Shown here: positions 1 through 8,232 of the stretch, piece after piece
Position numbering within the stretch: the stretch's first letter is position 1
Layout of the letters: each line of letters begins with the position of its first letter
From: an uncultured bacterium
GTDB taxonomy: Bacteria > CSSED10-310 > CAZUFC01
Assembly: GCA_964619725.1 (NCBI GenBank)
Contig: CAZUFC010000011.1
Coordinates: 67,850 to 89,436 of the forward strand
Direction: 5' to 3'
Length of the DNA stretch: 21,587 nt
Notes under the pieces: model-generated
The model's database searches: none
What the model saw: only the letters and a program-made list of their open reading frames with translations
What the model was told of the DNA's origin: nothing
Made by a program: the position numbers and the translations under genes

Positions 1-587
1 GTCGCTCCCGCTGGTCCTGCTTCTCCTTGAACTCCCGGCGGTCCACTCGGACCAGAATGACCCTGTGGACCCGTCGCTCCGATTGGACCAGTATCACCTC
101 GAGGTCCGGTAGGGCCTAACAATCCGTCGGGCTCCCCTAACCACTCTCCCCATTCATTAATAACTTTTCCATAACCTGAAATAAATACGTTTCTCGGGTG
201 AATTTCCTGGTCGACGACATCCTCAGCGTTGTAGGACTGTCCCACACTGGTCAGCATCTGTCTGGGATCAGTCGTTTCTCCGTTCACTTCAATTTCCAGC
301 CACAAAATACCGGAAAAATCCAAATTCAGCGGCTCTGATGAACCTAATTTGACATTGAAAACACCATCATACACAAAAACATCGGTTTGCGTCTCTTGCC
401 AGACCGATTCACCGCCGCTTTCGACATTGAATATCCTGAATCCGAAATCTACTGATCCATTTATCGGGGCGCCCTCGGTGTCGGTTAAAAAACCCTGATA
501 ATTTATTTGATGTGGTATTCCTGAATAAACTATTGAAAAACAGCACACTTGAAGCATTACAATAAAAAATATACTCTTGCTTTTCAT
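1..587 (-). CDS. Secreted collagen-like (Gly-X-Y) surface/fibre protein, 3' end outside the window
   Basis: Hand translation from ATG at 587: MKSKSIFFIVMLQVCCFSIVYS (signal-like), GIPHQINYQGFLTDTEGAPING...FNVKLG...WLEIEVNGE..PRQ N-terminal domain, then 13+ uninterrupted Gly-X-Y triplets (GLL GPT GPR GDT GPI GAT GPQ GHS GPS GPP GVQ GEA GPA) from 125 to the window edge. GGGGAG SD just upstream. Absent from the ORF track because it has no stop in the window. Confidence 0.9.
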   Translation of the reverse strand, partial: MKSKSIFFIVMLQVCCFSIVYSGIPHQINYQGFLTDTEGAPINGSVDFGFRIFNVESGGESVWQETQTDVFVYDGVFNVKLGSSEPLNLDFSGILWLEIEVNGETTDPRQMLTSVGQSYNAEDVVDQEIHPRNVFISGYGKVINEWGEWLGEPDGLLGPTGPRGDTGPIGATGPQGHSGPSGPPGVQGEAGPAGA

Positions 588-755
588 CAAAATTCTCCCC
601 CTTCAAAATGACAATTCATGGCAAATCAGTCCATTTACGAAAATATCCAGCGTAAAATCGGTCTTCTTTAACCTACATTTTCATGACATTTAAACTGCCT
701 CCTGGTTGGTTTTTAAAATATTAGATTTTTCGGAGAGAGAGGGTTTACAATTATT

Positions 756-783
756 AATATACGTTCTGTTTTGAAAAAGTCAA
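756..783 (-). promoter_or_regulatory. Candidate sigma70 promoter for the collagen-like gene
   Basis: TTGACT-16 nt-TATATT on the minus strand; motif match only. Confidence 0.35.
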
Positions 784-1011
784 AATTTTACATCCCATGT
801 CATTAGCTGATAAAAAATTGCATAATGTGTAACGAAAATCCAACAATCGATCAAAAAATTTCAAGGAAAAAAGTCGCCCCGCTCGCAGGTCAGTTGATTA
901 ATCGAATATGGATACGATTCCAAACCATACGATGCATCATCGTAAATCATCATTAGCGGCTGTACATAAACTCAATTCCCGATTCAAATTTCGATGCTGG
1001 ACAAGCGCTGC

Positions 1012-1188
1012 AGTTTCTGATCCACAAACGAAAAAACTTTTCTCAAGGTAAGGAAGGCAAGGATTTGCGAAGGAAGCGCAACCTGTCCCGCCGGAGCCTT
1101 GGCGTAAGCGGATTGCACATAGGTTGACTGAACAAATCCGCAGCCTAACGCAGCATTGAGGAAAATTGGCCGTTTGTGGACAGAAAAT
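1012..1188 (-). repeat. Intergenic palindromic repeat element (MITE/REPIN-like), copy 1
   Basis: Terminal inverted repeat TTTCTGATCCACAAACG ... CGTTTGTGGACAGAAA. Its reverse complement aligns without gaps over 177 nt to 6214..6390 (about 133/177 identical) and at both ends to 7944..8075. Confidence 0.85.
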
Positions 1189-1406
1189 CATTAACATCAT
1201 AACTTACTTATGAATCTCGATTTATCAGTGCTCTTCCACCGAACGCGGAAAGGCTAAAATGTGCAAAATTTTCATGCTAGAACACAGTATAAAAAATCAA
1301 TCGATTCAATATGTTAGGATGCCCATGCAAGAGTTCTGAAATTCATTAGAATAAATACGAGACTCCTGTCCTAAAATATAAAATTAAATCTTTATAAATT
1401 CACTAT

Positions 1407-1434
1407 TTGACAAAAAAATATTAACTCTTATAAC
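1407..1434 (+). promoter_or_regulatory. Candidate sigma70 promoter
   Basis: TTGACA-16 nt-TATAAC, 56 nt upstream of ATG 1491. Confidence 0.55.
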
Positions 1435-1490
1435 GGATAAGGCGACCTTTTTCGTTTCTCGCTAGACTCAGAAAGGAAGAAAAACAAATT

Positions 1491-3593
1491 ATGGCATTTA
1501 TAAAAAAATTTTTTACTTTTTCCTGTTTCAGCCTTTTTCTCGTATTGCTATCCTCTTTTTCGCCAGTGGATGGTGCGATACGACGAGTGCCCACGGAATA
1601 TTCCACCATTCAAGCGGCCATCGATGCTGCAGGAACGGGCGACATTATTCTTGCGGCGGACGGAACGTATACGGGACCGGGCAACAAAAACATCGATTTC
1701 GGCGGCAAATCGATCACGGTTCAATCAGAAAACGGTCCGGAAGCATGCATCATTGATTGCGAAAACAACGGTCGCGGTTTCTATTTTCAAAATGGCGAGA
1801 GTCTGGATTCAATCCTGGACGGCTTTACAATAAAAAACGCGTATTATGAGAGCGCCGGCGGCGGAATATATTGCCGTTACTCATCTCCGACCATCATCAA
1901 TTGCATTATGACGGCGGGTTGGGCCTGGGAAGGCGGCGGGATGTATTTTTACGTTTCCGACGCAGCCGTTCATAACTGCATTATTCACGACAACCTGCTC
2001 ACTGGCGGAAAAGGCGGAGGAATAAGATGCAATTATGCGTCACCCACGATCAGCGAGTGCATAATCGTCGACAATTCAGCATCGCACGGCGCCGGCATAT
2101 CCATGGACCGTTGTGATTCAATTATTTTAGACTGCTACCTGAACAACGACGGCGTCTTTGGAGGCGGTATTCATGCCGATCAGTATTCCAATCCTCTTAT
2201 CGTAGGTTGCGAAATAACGGAAAACGCCGGAGGCGGGATTTACTGCGACGATTTCGCATGTCCGGAGATAATTAACTGCGTCATCACTCAGAATTATCGG
2301 TCAAGAGGTTCAGGGATATATTGCGAATTCTTTTCCAATGCTGTTATCCAAAATTGTCTTATCACCAATAATACGAGCTCTGAAAACGGCGGAGGAATCT
2401 ATATTTACAATGCCACGCCTGTAATTTACAGCACAACGATCGCCTATAACGCGGCGAGCGACGGAGGAGGCATTCACTGCTTGTTCAATTCGCATCCGGA
2501 AGTAACGGATTGCATCATCTGGGGAAACACGCCGAACGGCACGAACAATTCTGACCCCGTGGTCAATTATTCCATTACTCAGAGATATCACTCCGGTACG
2601 GGAAATATTAATTCGTCGCCATTGTTCGTCCCCGGACCATACAGCAATTATTATTTAAGCCAGGTCGCTGCAGGGCAAACATCCGACAGCCCGGCCGTCG
2701 ATTCGGGAAGCGATGATGCTTCGCTGGTCTGCTTCACTTCGAGCGCCGGGACGTTTTGTATGGACGAACTGTCGACACGGACGGATGAATTGCCCGACAC
2801 AGGTCAAGTCGATATGGGATATCACCACCCGGCTGTCATAGCCACGCCGACTGAAATTCCCTCTTCCACGCCGACGGGTACCCCGCCGACAGAAACGACC
2901 ACCCCGACATACACTTCAACGCATACTCCTTCGCCGACAGCCACCGTACCCACGGACACGGCAACCCCGTCGCCCACAAAAACCTCTTCGCCCACTCCTA
3001 CCAATACAGCCCCTACCGACACCGCCACACCCACCGCCACATCAACTCCGTTTACTCCATTGCCTTCCGGAACCCCCACTAATACACCTTCTTCCACTCC
3101 TACAGAACTTTTCACCCTCTTCCCGCTCCACACCAATACACCCACAGCATCACCGACCTTCTCCCCTACAAATTTACCCACCATTCATCCGTTAAATACG
3201 TTTACTCCCACACAAACTCCATCAGCCACATTCTCCCCCACGCCTCCCGGCACCATTCATCCCTTTTATACGTCGACTTTCACTCAATCCCCGACCCCGA
3301 CATACACAGCCACTCTGACGGCAACATTGACGCCGACAGAAAGTCACACGGCATCGCCCACCATGACTCCAACCAATTCGCTGACCCCTTCCCCAACCGC
3401 TTCGCCGACGTTTTCACCGACACTGACTCCATCCTCCTCCCCTTCCCCTGTCGAAACCGCCTCCCCGACTGCTACGCCCTCCATTCCGCCTGTTCCGACT
3501 TTGCAAACGCCTTCGATTTTCCTGATCGTGTTGCTGCTGAGTCTGCTGATCGGCCTGAGTTTACATAGGTCCCGCCGCCTGGTGCGATTCTGA
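1491..3593 (+). CDS. Secreted right-handed parallel beta-helix (pectin-lyase-like) protein with Thr/Pro/Ser stalk and IPTL-CTERM-like C-terminal anchor
   Basis: Signal peptide; [15 protein letters not shown] beta-helix cap; repeated [14 protein letters not shown] / I..N turns; about 210 aa T/P/S-rich region; C-terminus PPVPTL + hydrophobic helix + HRSRR. Confidence 0.9.
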   Translation: MAFIKKFFTFSCFSLFLVLLSSFSPVDGAIRRVPTEYSTIQAAIDAAGTGDIILAADGTYTGPGNKNIDFGGKSITVQSENGPEACIIDCENNGRGFYFQNGESLDSILDGFTIKNAYYESAGGGIYCRYSSPTIINCIMTAGWAWEGGGMYFYVSDAAVHNCIIHDNLLTGGKGGGIRCNYASPTISECIIVDNSASHGAGISMDRCDSIILDCYLNNDGVFGGGIHADQYSNPLIVGCEITENAGGGIYCDDFACPEIINCVITQNYRSRGSGIYCEFFSNAVIQNCLITNNTSSENGGGIYIYNATPVIYSTTIAYNAASDGGGIHCLFNSHPEVTDCIIWGNTPNGTNNSDPVVNYSITQRYHSGTGNINSSPLFVPGPYSNYYLSQVAAGQTSDSPAVDSGSDDASLVCFTSSAGTFCMDELSTRTDELPDTGQVDMGYHHPAVIATPTEIPSSTPTGTPPTETTTPTYTSTHTPSPTATVPTDTATPSPTKTSSPTPTNTAPTDTATPTATSTPFTPLPSGTPTNTPSSTPTELFTLFPLHTNTPTASPTFSPTNLPTIHPLNTFTPTQTPSATFSPTPPGTIHPFYTSTFTQSPTPTYTATLTATLTPTESHTASPTMTPTNSLTPSPTASPTFSPTLTPSSSPSPVETASPTATPSIPPVPTLQTPSIFLIVLLLSLLIGLSLHRSRRLVRF

Positions 3594-3646
3594 CGCATGA
3601 CATTGATCTCAATTTCTTTTTTGAGTTAATAACTGTTTTACCGGAT

Positions 3647-4672
3647 TCACCGAAAAATCTTTTTTTTCCTGAAAATATCAAACATCCCGCTCAATATGCC
3701 GGCATCCATTACAATCACATCCCAGACCGTCAAGAAAATGAGAGGGAAGCATTCGAGATAACTTCTGTGCTCAAGAAAGAAGAACCAGAAGGGAGTATAA
3801 AGCAGAGCGAAGAGCAGAAAAGAGAGTGTGCCGAGGAGCGACGACAGGGAGGAAAAAGGCGCTGCCGAAGCAAACAGGAAGGCCAGCGGCAGAATGATAA
3901 GGCTTATCATCTGCGAGAGGGGATGATGAGATTTATTTTCTGCTGATTTGGCGCAATCTTTGATGAAATCGCTGGAATGGCCTGAGAAGAGTGCGTTTGT
4001 TTGATTTCTGGTCATTCTGAATTTTCTTTTAGAAAAAGATTTCAAATTGTATCGTGCAGCATGCTCCACGAGGAGACTCTTGTTCAATCTGATTTTTCTC
4101 CCGTGACTCGCCAGTCGATAACCCAGCTCTTCATCTTCGACGGTGGGTTCCCTGATGTTTTCTCTGAATCCCCCAATTTCTTCAAAATGGCTTTTCATAA
4201 CGGCAAAGCAGTATGTGGCGGCAATGCCAACGAAATCATGATTTATATGCATAAAAGTATAATGATAATAGTCGTTCTGATAAGCCGATATAAGGTCCCA
4301 ATTTTTTTCGGACAATTTGTAGATACCCTGAACGCCTGAAATTTCGGGATGTTCTTCGAAGGAGGAGGCGATTTTCTGAAGGGTTCGTTCAGTAATGACG
4401 ACGTCGCCGTCGATGAATAGTATTATTTCGCCTTGAGCTGCTGAAACGCCTCTGTTTCGGGCTACGGCGGGTCCGCTTCTTTTTTCCAGATTGATCAGCG
4501 TTGCCGGAAATTCCGCCGCTATATCAGCCGAACGGTCCGTAGAACAGTCATTCACGACAATGCACTCAAAAGGCTCGTAATGCGACTCGAAGACTGCGTT
4601 AAGACACACTTTTAAAGATTCTTCATCATTAAAAACCGGTATGACGACTGAAATGCGAGGATTTTTCATCAT
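3647..4672 (-). CDS. Family 2 glycosyltransferase with C-terminal transmembrane helices
   Basis: ISVVIPVFN, VVNDCSTD, GPAVARNRG, FIDGD (DxD), GGF.E, VEDEELGYRL motifs; hydrophobic C-terminal segments. Confidence 0.92.
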   Translation of the reverse strand: MMKNPRISVVIPVFNDEESLKVCLNAVFESHYEPFECIVVNDCSTDRSADIAAEFPATLINLEKRSGPAVARNRGVSAAQGEIILFIDGDVVITERTLQKIASSFEEHPEISGVQGIYKLSEKNWDLISAYQNDYYHYTFMHINHDFVGIAATYCFAVMKSHFEEIGGFRENIREPTVEDEELGYRLASHGRKIRLNKSLLVEHAARYNLKSFSKRKFRMTRNQTNALFSGHSSDFIKDCAKSAENKSHHPLSQMISLIILPLAFLFASAAPFSSLSSLLGTLSFLLFALLYTPFWFFFLEHRSYLECFPLIFLTVWDVIVMDAGILSGMFDIFRKKKIFR

Positions 4673-4771
4673 TTTTTTTCTAACCCGTAGGGAAAGGGAA
4701 CAGGTTTCGCCGGATGATTATACTTTAATTTACTGTAATGGCAACAAACCGCGAAGTTTTTTTTCGACTTT

Positions 4772-4800
4772 TTGACATGAGGGCTTATTATCATTAATAT
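4772..4800 (+). promoter_or_regulatory. Candidate sigma70 promoter for the REC-HDOD gene
   Basis: TTGACA-17 nt-TAATAT, with an overlapping TATAAT at 4798-4803. Confidence 0.5.
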
Positions 4801-4895
4801 AATGGTTACCAGGGACTGGCCCCAGAGTCCTTGAATTCGCCGGGGTCTCGATAAACCTTTTTAAAATAAAATAAACGGTCGAGGAAGATACATTC

Positions 4896-6134
4896 ATGAA
4901 GCCGAAAAAACATCTTTTGTTTATTGACGATAAACCGAAAGTAGCAGACGCTTTTTTGCGAATAATGGAATTCAACAGGCATTTGTGGGAAATTGAAACT
5001 GCGGTGAGCGGGGAGGCGGCGCTGGGAAGACTGGCTAAAGACCCTTTCGACGTCATCGTCATAGATATGGGAATGACGAACACAGATGCCCGGAAGCTGA
5101 TGAACGAAATAAAAAGTTCTTATCCCTGGATAATTCGGATAAGCCTGTTCGTAGGACCGACGAAAGACAAGCTGATTTCGCCGACCGGCCTGATACAGCT
5201 TTCGTTGAGCAAGCCTGATGACGTCCAGCATTTAAAAAGTACCCTGGCGCGCGCTTACAATCTCAGCAATATTTTATCGAATACAAAGCTTCGTTCCGTG
5301 GTATCGAGCCTGGAGACATTGCCCGGACGGCCATCGCTCTATAATGAACTGACCAGGGAGCTGCAGTCGTTATATCCGTCTGCAAAAGAAGTCGGAAGAA
5401 TCATTGAGCAGGACATGGCCATGAGCTCCAAGATACTGCGAATAGTGAATTCAGCGATGTTTTCACTCCCCAATCAGATATCCAGTCCCACCCACGCCGT
5501 AAATTTACTGGGTCTGAATACGATAAAAATGCTGGTTTTATCGAATCAGCTTTTTTCGCAATTCAACGTAAAAAATGCCGCTGAATTCGGGCTGTCCGGT
5601 ATCTGGAATCACAGTCTGACGGTGGCTTCTAATGCGAAAAAAATAGCGTTAACGGCCGGGAAGGATCAAAAAATTGCCGAAGATGCTTCCATCGCAGGCT
5701 TGCTTCACGATATCGGGAAACTTATTTATGCTTCGAATCTTCCCGAGGATTATAAAAAAGTGCAGGAATTAAAACAGACGGAAAACATGAATGAACCCGA
5801 AGCGGAATATTCGATATTCGGAGCGAATCATGCCCATCTAGGCGCTTACCTTCTGGGATTATGGGGGCTGCCTGATGCGGTGATCGACGCCATAGCTTTC
5901 CATCATGAACCCGCTTCCTTATCCGTCAGTTCGTTCAACGCGTTGACGGCCGTTCATATCGCCAACGGCTTCGCCAAGTCCCATGACCTGGATGATGAAA
6001 CTTTTCAGGACCATCTGTTCGATGAACTAAATAAAGAATATTTCGACAAATTAGGCTACGATGATCAATCCCTGCACAATTGGAGGAAAGCCGTCGTATC
6101 AGAAAATAATCAGCAGGAAATACGCTCCATTTAA
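4896..6134 (+). CDS. Response-regulator receiver + HDOD domain signalling protein
   Basis: N-terminal LLFIDD...FDVIVIDM...SKP receiver pattern; HDOD motifs IEQDMAMSSKILRIVNSA, AVNLLG, WNHS, GLLHDIGK, LGAYLLGLWGLP, AIAFHHEP. Confidence 0.92.
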   Translation: MKPKKHLLFIDDKPKVADAFLRIMEFNRHLWEIETAVSGEAALGRLAKDPFDVIVIDMGMTNTDARKLMNEIKSSYPWIIRISLFVGPTKDKLISPTGLIQLSLSKPDDVQHLKSTLARAYNLSNILSNTKLRSVVSSLETLPGRPSLYNELTRELQSLYPSAKEVGRIIEQDMAMSSKILRIVNSAMFSLPNQISSPTHAVNLLGLNTIKMLVLSNQLFSQFNVKNAAEFGLSGIWNHSLTVASNAKKIALTAGKDQKIAEDASIAGLLHDIGKLIYASNLPEDYKKVQELKQTENMNEPEAEYSIFGANHAHLGAYLLGLWGLPDAVIDAIAFHHEPASLSVSSFNALTAVHIANGFAKSHDLDDETFQDHLFDELNKEYFDKLGYDDQSLHNWRKAVVSENNQQEIRSI

Positions 6135-6213
6135 AAATATCCTCCGCATAAAATCGACAATCAGCAAAAAGATATTTTTGAGTCTCCGGTTCGTCAGCGT
6201 GCCGCTCCTTTCC

Positions 6214-6390
6214 AGTTTCTGACCACGGACGGCGAACTTTCCGTGACTCTCCGTCAGGCTGCGGACTTGTTCGGTCAACAAATAACCAATCCTCTTACGC
6301 CAAGGCTTCAGCGGGACTGGTTACGGCTCCTTCGCAAATCCTTGCCTTGCTTGTCTCTAAATCAATTCTTCCCTTCATCGATCAGAAGCC
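6214..6390 (+). repeat. Intergenic palindromic repeat element, copy 2 (inverted relative to copy 1)
   Basis: Ungapped 177 nt alignment to the reverse complement of 1012..1188, including the shared TCCTTCGCAAATCCTTGCCTT and CTTACGCCAAGGCT blocks; terminal stem partly decayed. Confidence 0.85.
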
Positions 6391-6440
6391 TGCAGAGCCT
6401 TTTTCCCCCAGCGTTTGATAACTTTTTCGTCAATTCGCGC

Positions 6441-6468
6441 TTGAAAACCTGAGATAAAAAGTTATAAA
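6441..6468 (+). promoter_or_regulatory. Candidate sigma70 promoter for the Ppm1-like/HAD gene pair
   Basis: TTGAAA-16 nt-TATAAA; overlapped by one arm of a 10-bp inverted repeat (6418-6427 / 6456-6465). Confidence 0.35.
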
Positions 6469-6515
6469 GATATGATGATTCAACTGTCGAACTGTCGTGG
6501 GAGGAAAGGAAGTTA

Positions 6516-7241
6516 ATGAGAGCAATGGAAACGATGTTGGTTGTACCTACTTTTAATGAGAAGGAAAACATTGAAGCGCTTCTGGATGAGATTCTTAATT
6601 TAAAGAAAAAATGTCATATAGCGGTTGTGGACGACGAGTCGCCGGACGGCACCGGACAAATCGTCGATCAATATGCACGGAAATATCAGGAAATTCATCC
6701 GCTCCACAGAAAAGGAAAAAGGGGCCGGGGCTTAGCCGGCATCGCAGGTTTTTGCTATGCACTCGATAAGGGAGCTGAAAAAATAATCGAAATGGATGCC
6801 GACTTTTCTCATCACCCCCGGTATATTCCACAAATAATTGAAGCTTTGGATGATTATCCCGTTGTTTTCGGCTCACGTTTCGTCAAAGGAGGACGCGACG
6901 CCAGGCCGGGAGCATTTCGCAGGGCAGTCAGCCGCGCCGCCAATGCGTATACGAGGATAGTATTGGGTACGAACGTCCGGGATTGCACTTCAGGATACAG
7001 GGGATACCGGGCTGAGACGCTTGAATCCATCAAAGTCAGAAACATTTCCACCTGGGGTCCGGGGGTTTTGAGCGACGTCCTGTACCGGTTGATTCTTAAG
7101 GGATATGAAATTAAAGAAATTCCCATCATATTCGAGGACAGAACGAAAGGCGAGTCGACTCTCACGACGAAAATACTGCTGGAAGGTTTATATAACGTCT
7201 TAAAAGTTAAATTGTCTGTAAATGAATCGGATATCAAATGA
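6516..7241 (+). CDS. Polyprenol-monophosphomannose synthase-like (Ppm1/DPM1-like) GT2 glycosyltransferase
   Basis: VVPTFNEKENI, VVDDESPDGTG, EMDADFSHHP, GSRFVKGG, DCTSGYRGYR, EIPIIFEDR..GES motifs. Start may be 6516 or 6525. Confidence 0.9.
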   Translation: MRAMETMLVVPTFNEKENIEALLDEILNLKKKCHIAVVDDESPDGTGQIVDQYARKYQEIHPLHRKGKRGRGLAGIAGFCYALDKGAEKIIEMDADFSHHPRYIPQIIEALDDYPVVFGSRFVKGGRDARPGAFRRAVSRAANAYTRIVLGTNVRDCTSGYRGYRAETLESIKVRNISTWGPGVLSDVLYRLILKGYEIKEIPIIFEDRTKGESTLTTKILLEGLYNVLKVKLSVNESDIK

Positions 7242-7266
7242 AAAGAATATATTACGGAGTACGGCA

Positions 7267-7941
7267 ATGAAAAACGGACTGATCTGTTTTGATGTCGACG
7301 GTACCTTGATAGACGGGACCGTCTATATTTGGAAAACACTCCATGAATACTTCCGGACGGATGTATCTGAGCGGCAAAAGGCATTCAGAGACTATTTCGA
7401 CGGAATAATCTCTTATCGCCAATGGGCTGAACACGATATAAAGCTTCTTAAATCAAAAAACGCTGATAAAAAAAGCATTGCTAAAGCTTTCGCCTGCCTG
7501 GCGCTCATTCCCGGCGTGGAAGAAACCCTCAGATATTTGAAAAAAAGAGACCATCGCCTGGTCATTATATCCGGGTCCGTCGATCTTGCTTTGGAAACAG
7601 CGTTTCCTCAATATTCCCGCTATTTCGATGCCGTTTTTCTAAATCGTTTGCTTTTCGATTCGTCAGACGCGCTTGTCGGCGTTCAGACCACGCCCTATGA
7701 TCTGGCCGCAAAAGCCGACGGATTGGTGAACATGGCGGCAAAATTCAATATCCCGCTCCAAAGGACCGTATTCATCGGCGACAATGAAAACGACCTGTCC
7801 GCAGCCGAAACTGCAGGATTGTCCATCGCCTTCAATTGCAAAAGCCAAAAACTCGAAAAAATAAGCCGGCATGTGATTGCCGAAAAAAATTTAAAAAAAA
7901 TTATTCCCCTCATCGATCAATGGTTCGCCCGGACCGAATAA
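7267..7941 (+). CDS. HAD-superfamily IB phosphatase (phosphoserine phosphatase-like)
   Basis: FDVDGTL (motif I), IISGS (II), K (III), FIGDNENDL (IV), IAFN. Start moved from 7222 to ATG 7267, which has GGAG 7 nt upstream and removes the overlap with the upstream gene. Confidence 0.88.
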   Translation: MKNGLICFDVDGTLIDGTVYIWKTLHEYFRTDVSERQKAFRDYFDGIISYRQWAEHDIKLLKSKNADKKSIAKAFACLALIPGVEETLRYLKKRDHRLVIISGSVDLALETAFPQYSRYFDAVFLNRLLFDSSDALVGVQTTPYDLAAKADGLVNMAAKFNIPLQRTVFIGDNENDLSAAETAGLSIAFNCKSQKLEKISRHVIAEKNLKKIIPLIDQWFARTE

Positions 7942-7943
7942 CA

Positions 7944-8075
7944 GGTTTCTGTTCATAAACGGCTCATTTTCCCTGTTGCTGCATAGTCACTCAGACGCAG
8001 AAGCAATACGCATCCTTTGCAAATCTTTGCCTTCATGACCTTAAGACAAAATCATCCGTTTATGGATTGGAATCT
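7944..8075 (+). repeat. Intergenic palindromic repeat element, copy 3 (shorter, different centre)
   Basis: Left ~39 nt and right ~69 nt align to copies 1 and 2; terminal stem TTCATAAACGG ... CCGTTTATGGA; begins 3 nt after the HAD stop codon. Confidence 0.8.
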
Positions 8076-8232
8076 CGCCCCCCATCTCCTGGAGTATTTT
8101 TTCCTTGGAATGAGTTCATGGACAGGCGCTGAACGGCAGAATTCTTTCAGAAAAATCCAAATCCTTCTTGACAACGGCATTCAGATTCATTAATAGAAAG
8201 GAGCAAACAAAAAATATTTTTTCACGGAGGTC

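Noticed and set aside
409-606. 65 aa minus-strand ORF in the track
   Set aside because: Different frame overlapping the real collagen-like CDS starting at 587.
937-1200. 87 aa ORF, and the similar 69 aa ORF at 6243..6452
   Set aside because: Both run through the palindromic repeat copies; their shared residues follow from the DNA repeat, and starts and stops are not conserved.
1189-1218. dif/cer-like site (CATTAACATCA-8 nt-TTATGAATCTC), and GCATAATGTGTA at about 820
   Set aside because: Several mismatches in both arms with a non-dif spacer length; the 820 site has no XerD arm; expected by chance in AT-rich DNA.
2822-3598. Val/Gly-rich minus-strand ORFs (2822..3184, 3344..3598)
   Set aside because: Antisense shadows of the Thr/Pro codons of the 1491..3593 gene.
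1012-8075. Repeat copies as CRISPR repeats or integron attC sites
   Set aside because: Not a regular repeat-spacer array; mixed orientation; no GTTRRRY/RYYYAAC ends; no cas or intI genes.
8168-8196. Promoter at TTGACA 8168
   Set aside because: Perfect -35 but no convincing -10 at 16-18 nt spacing.
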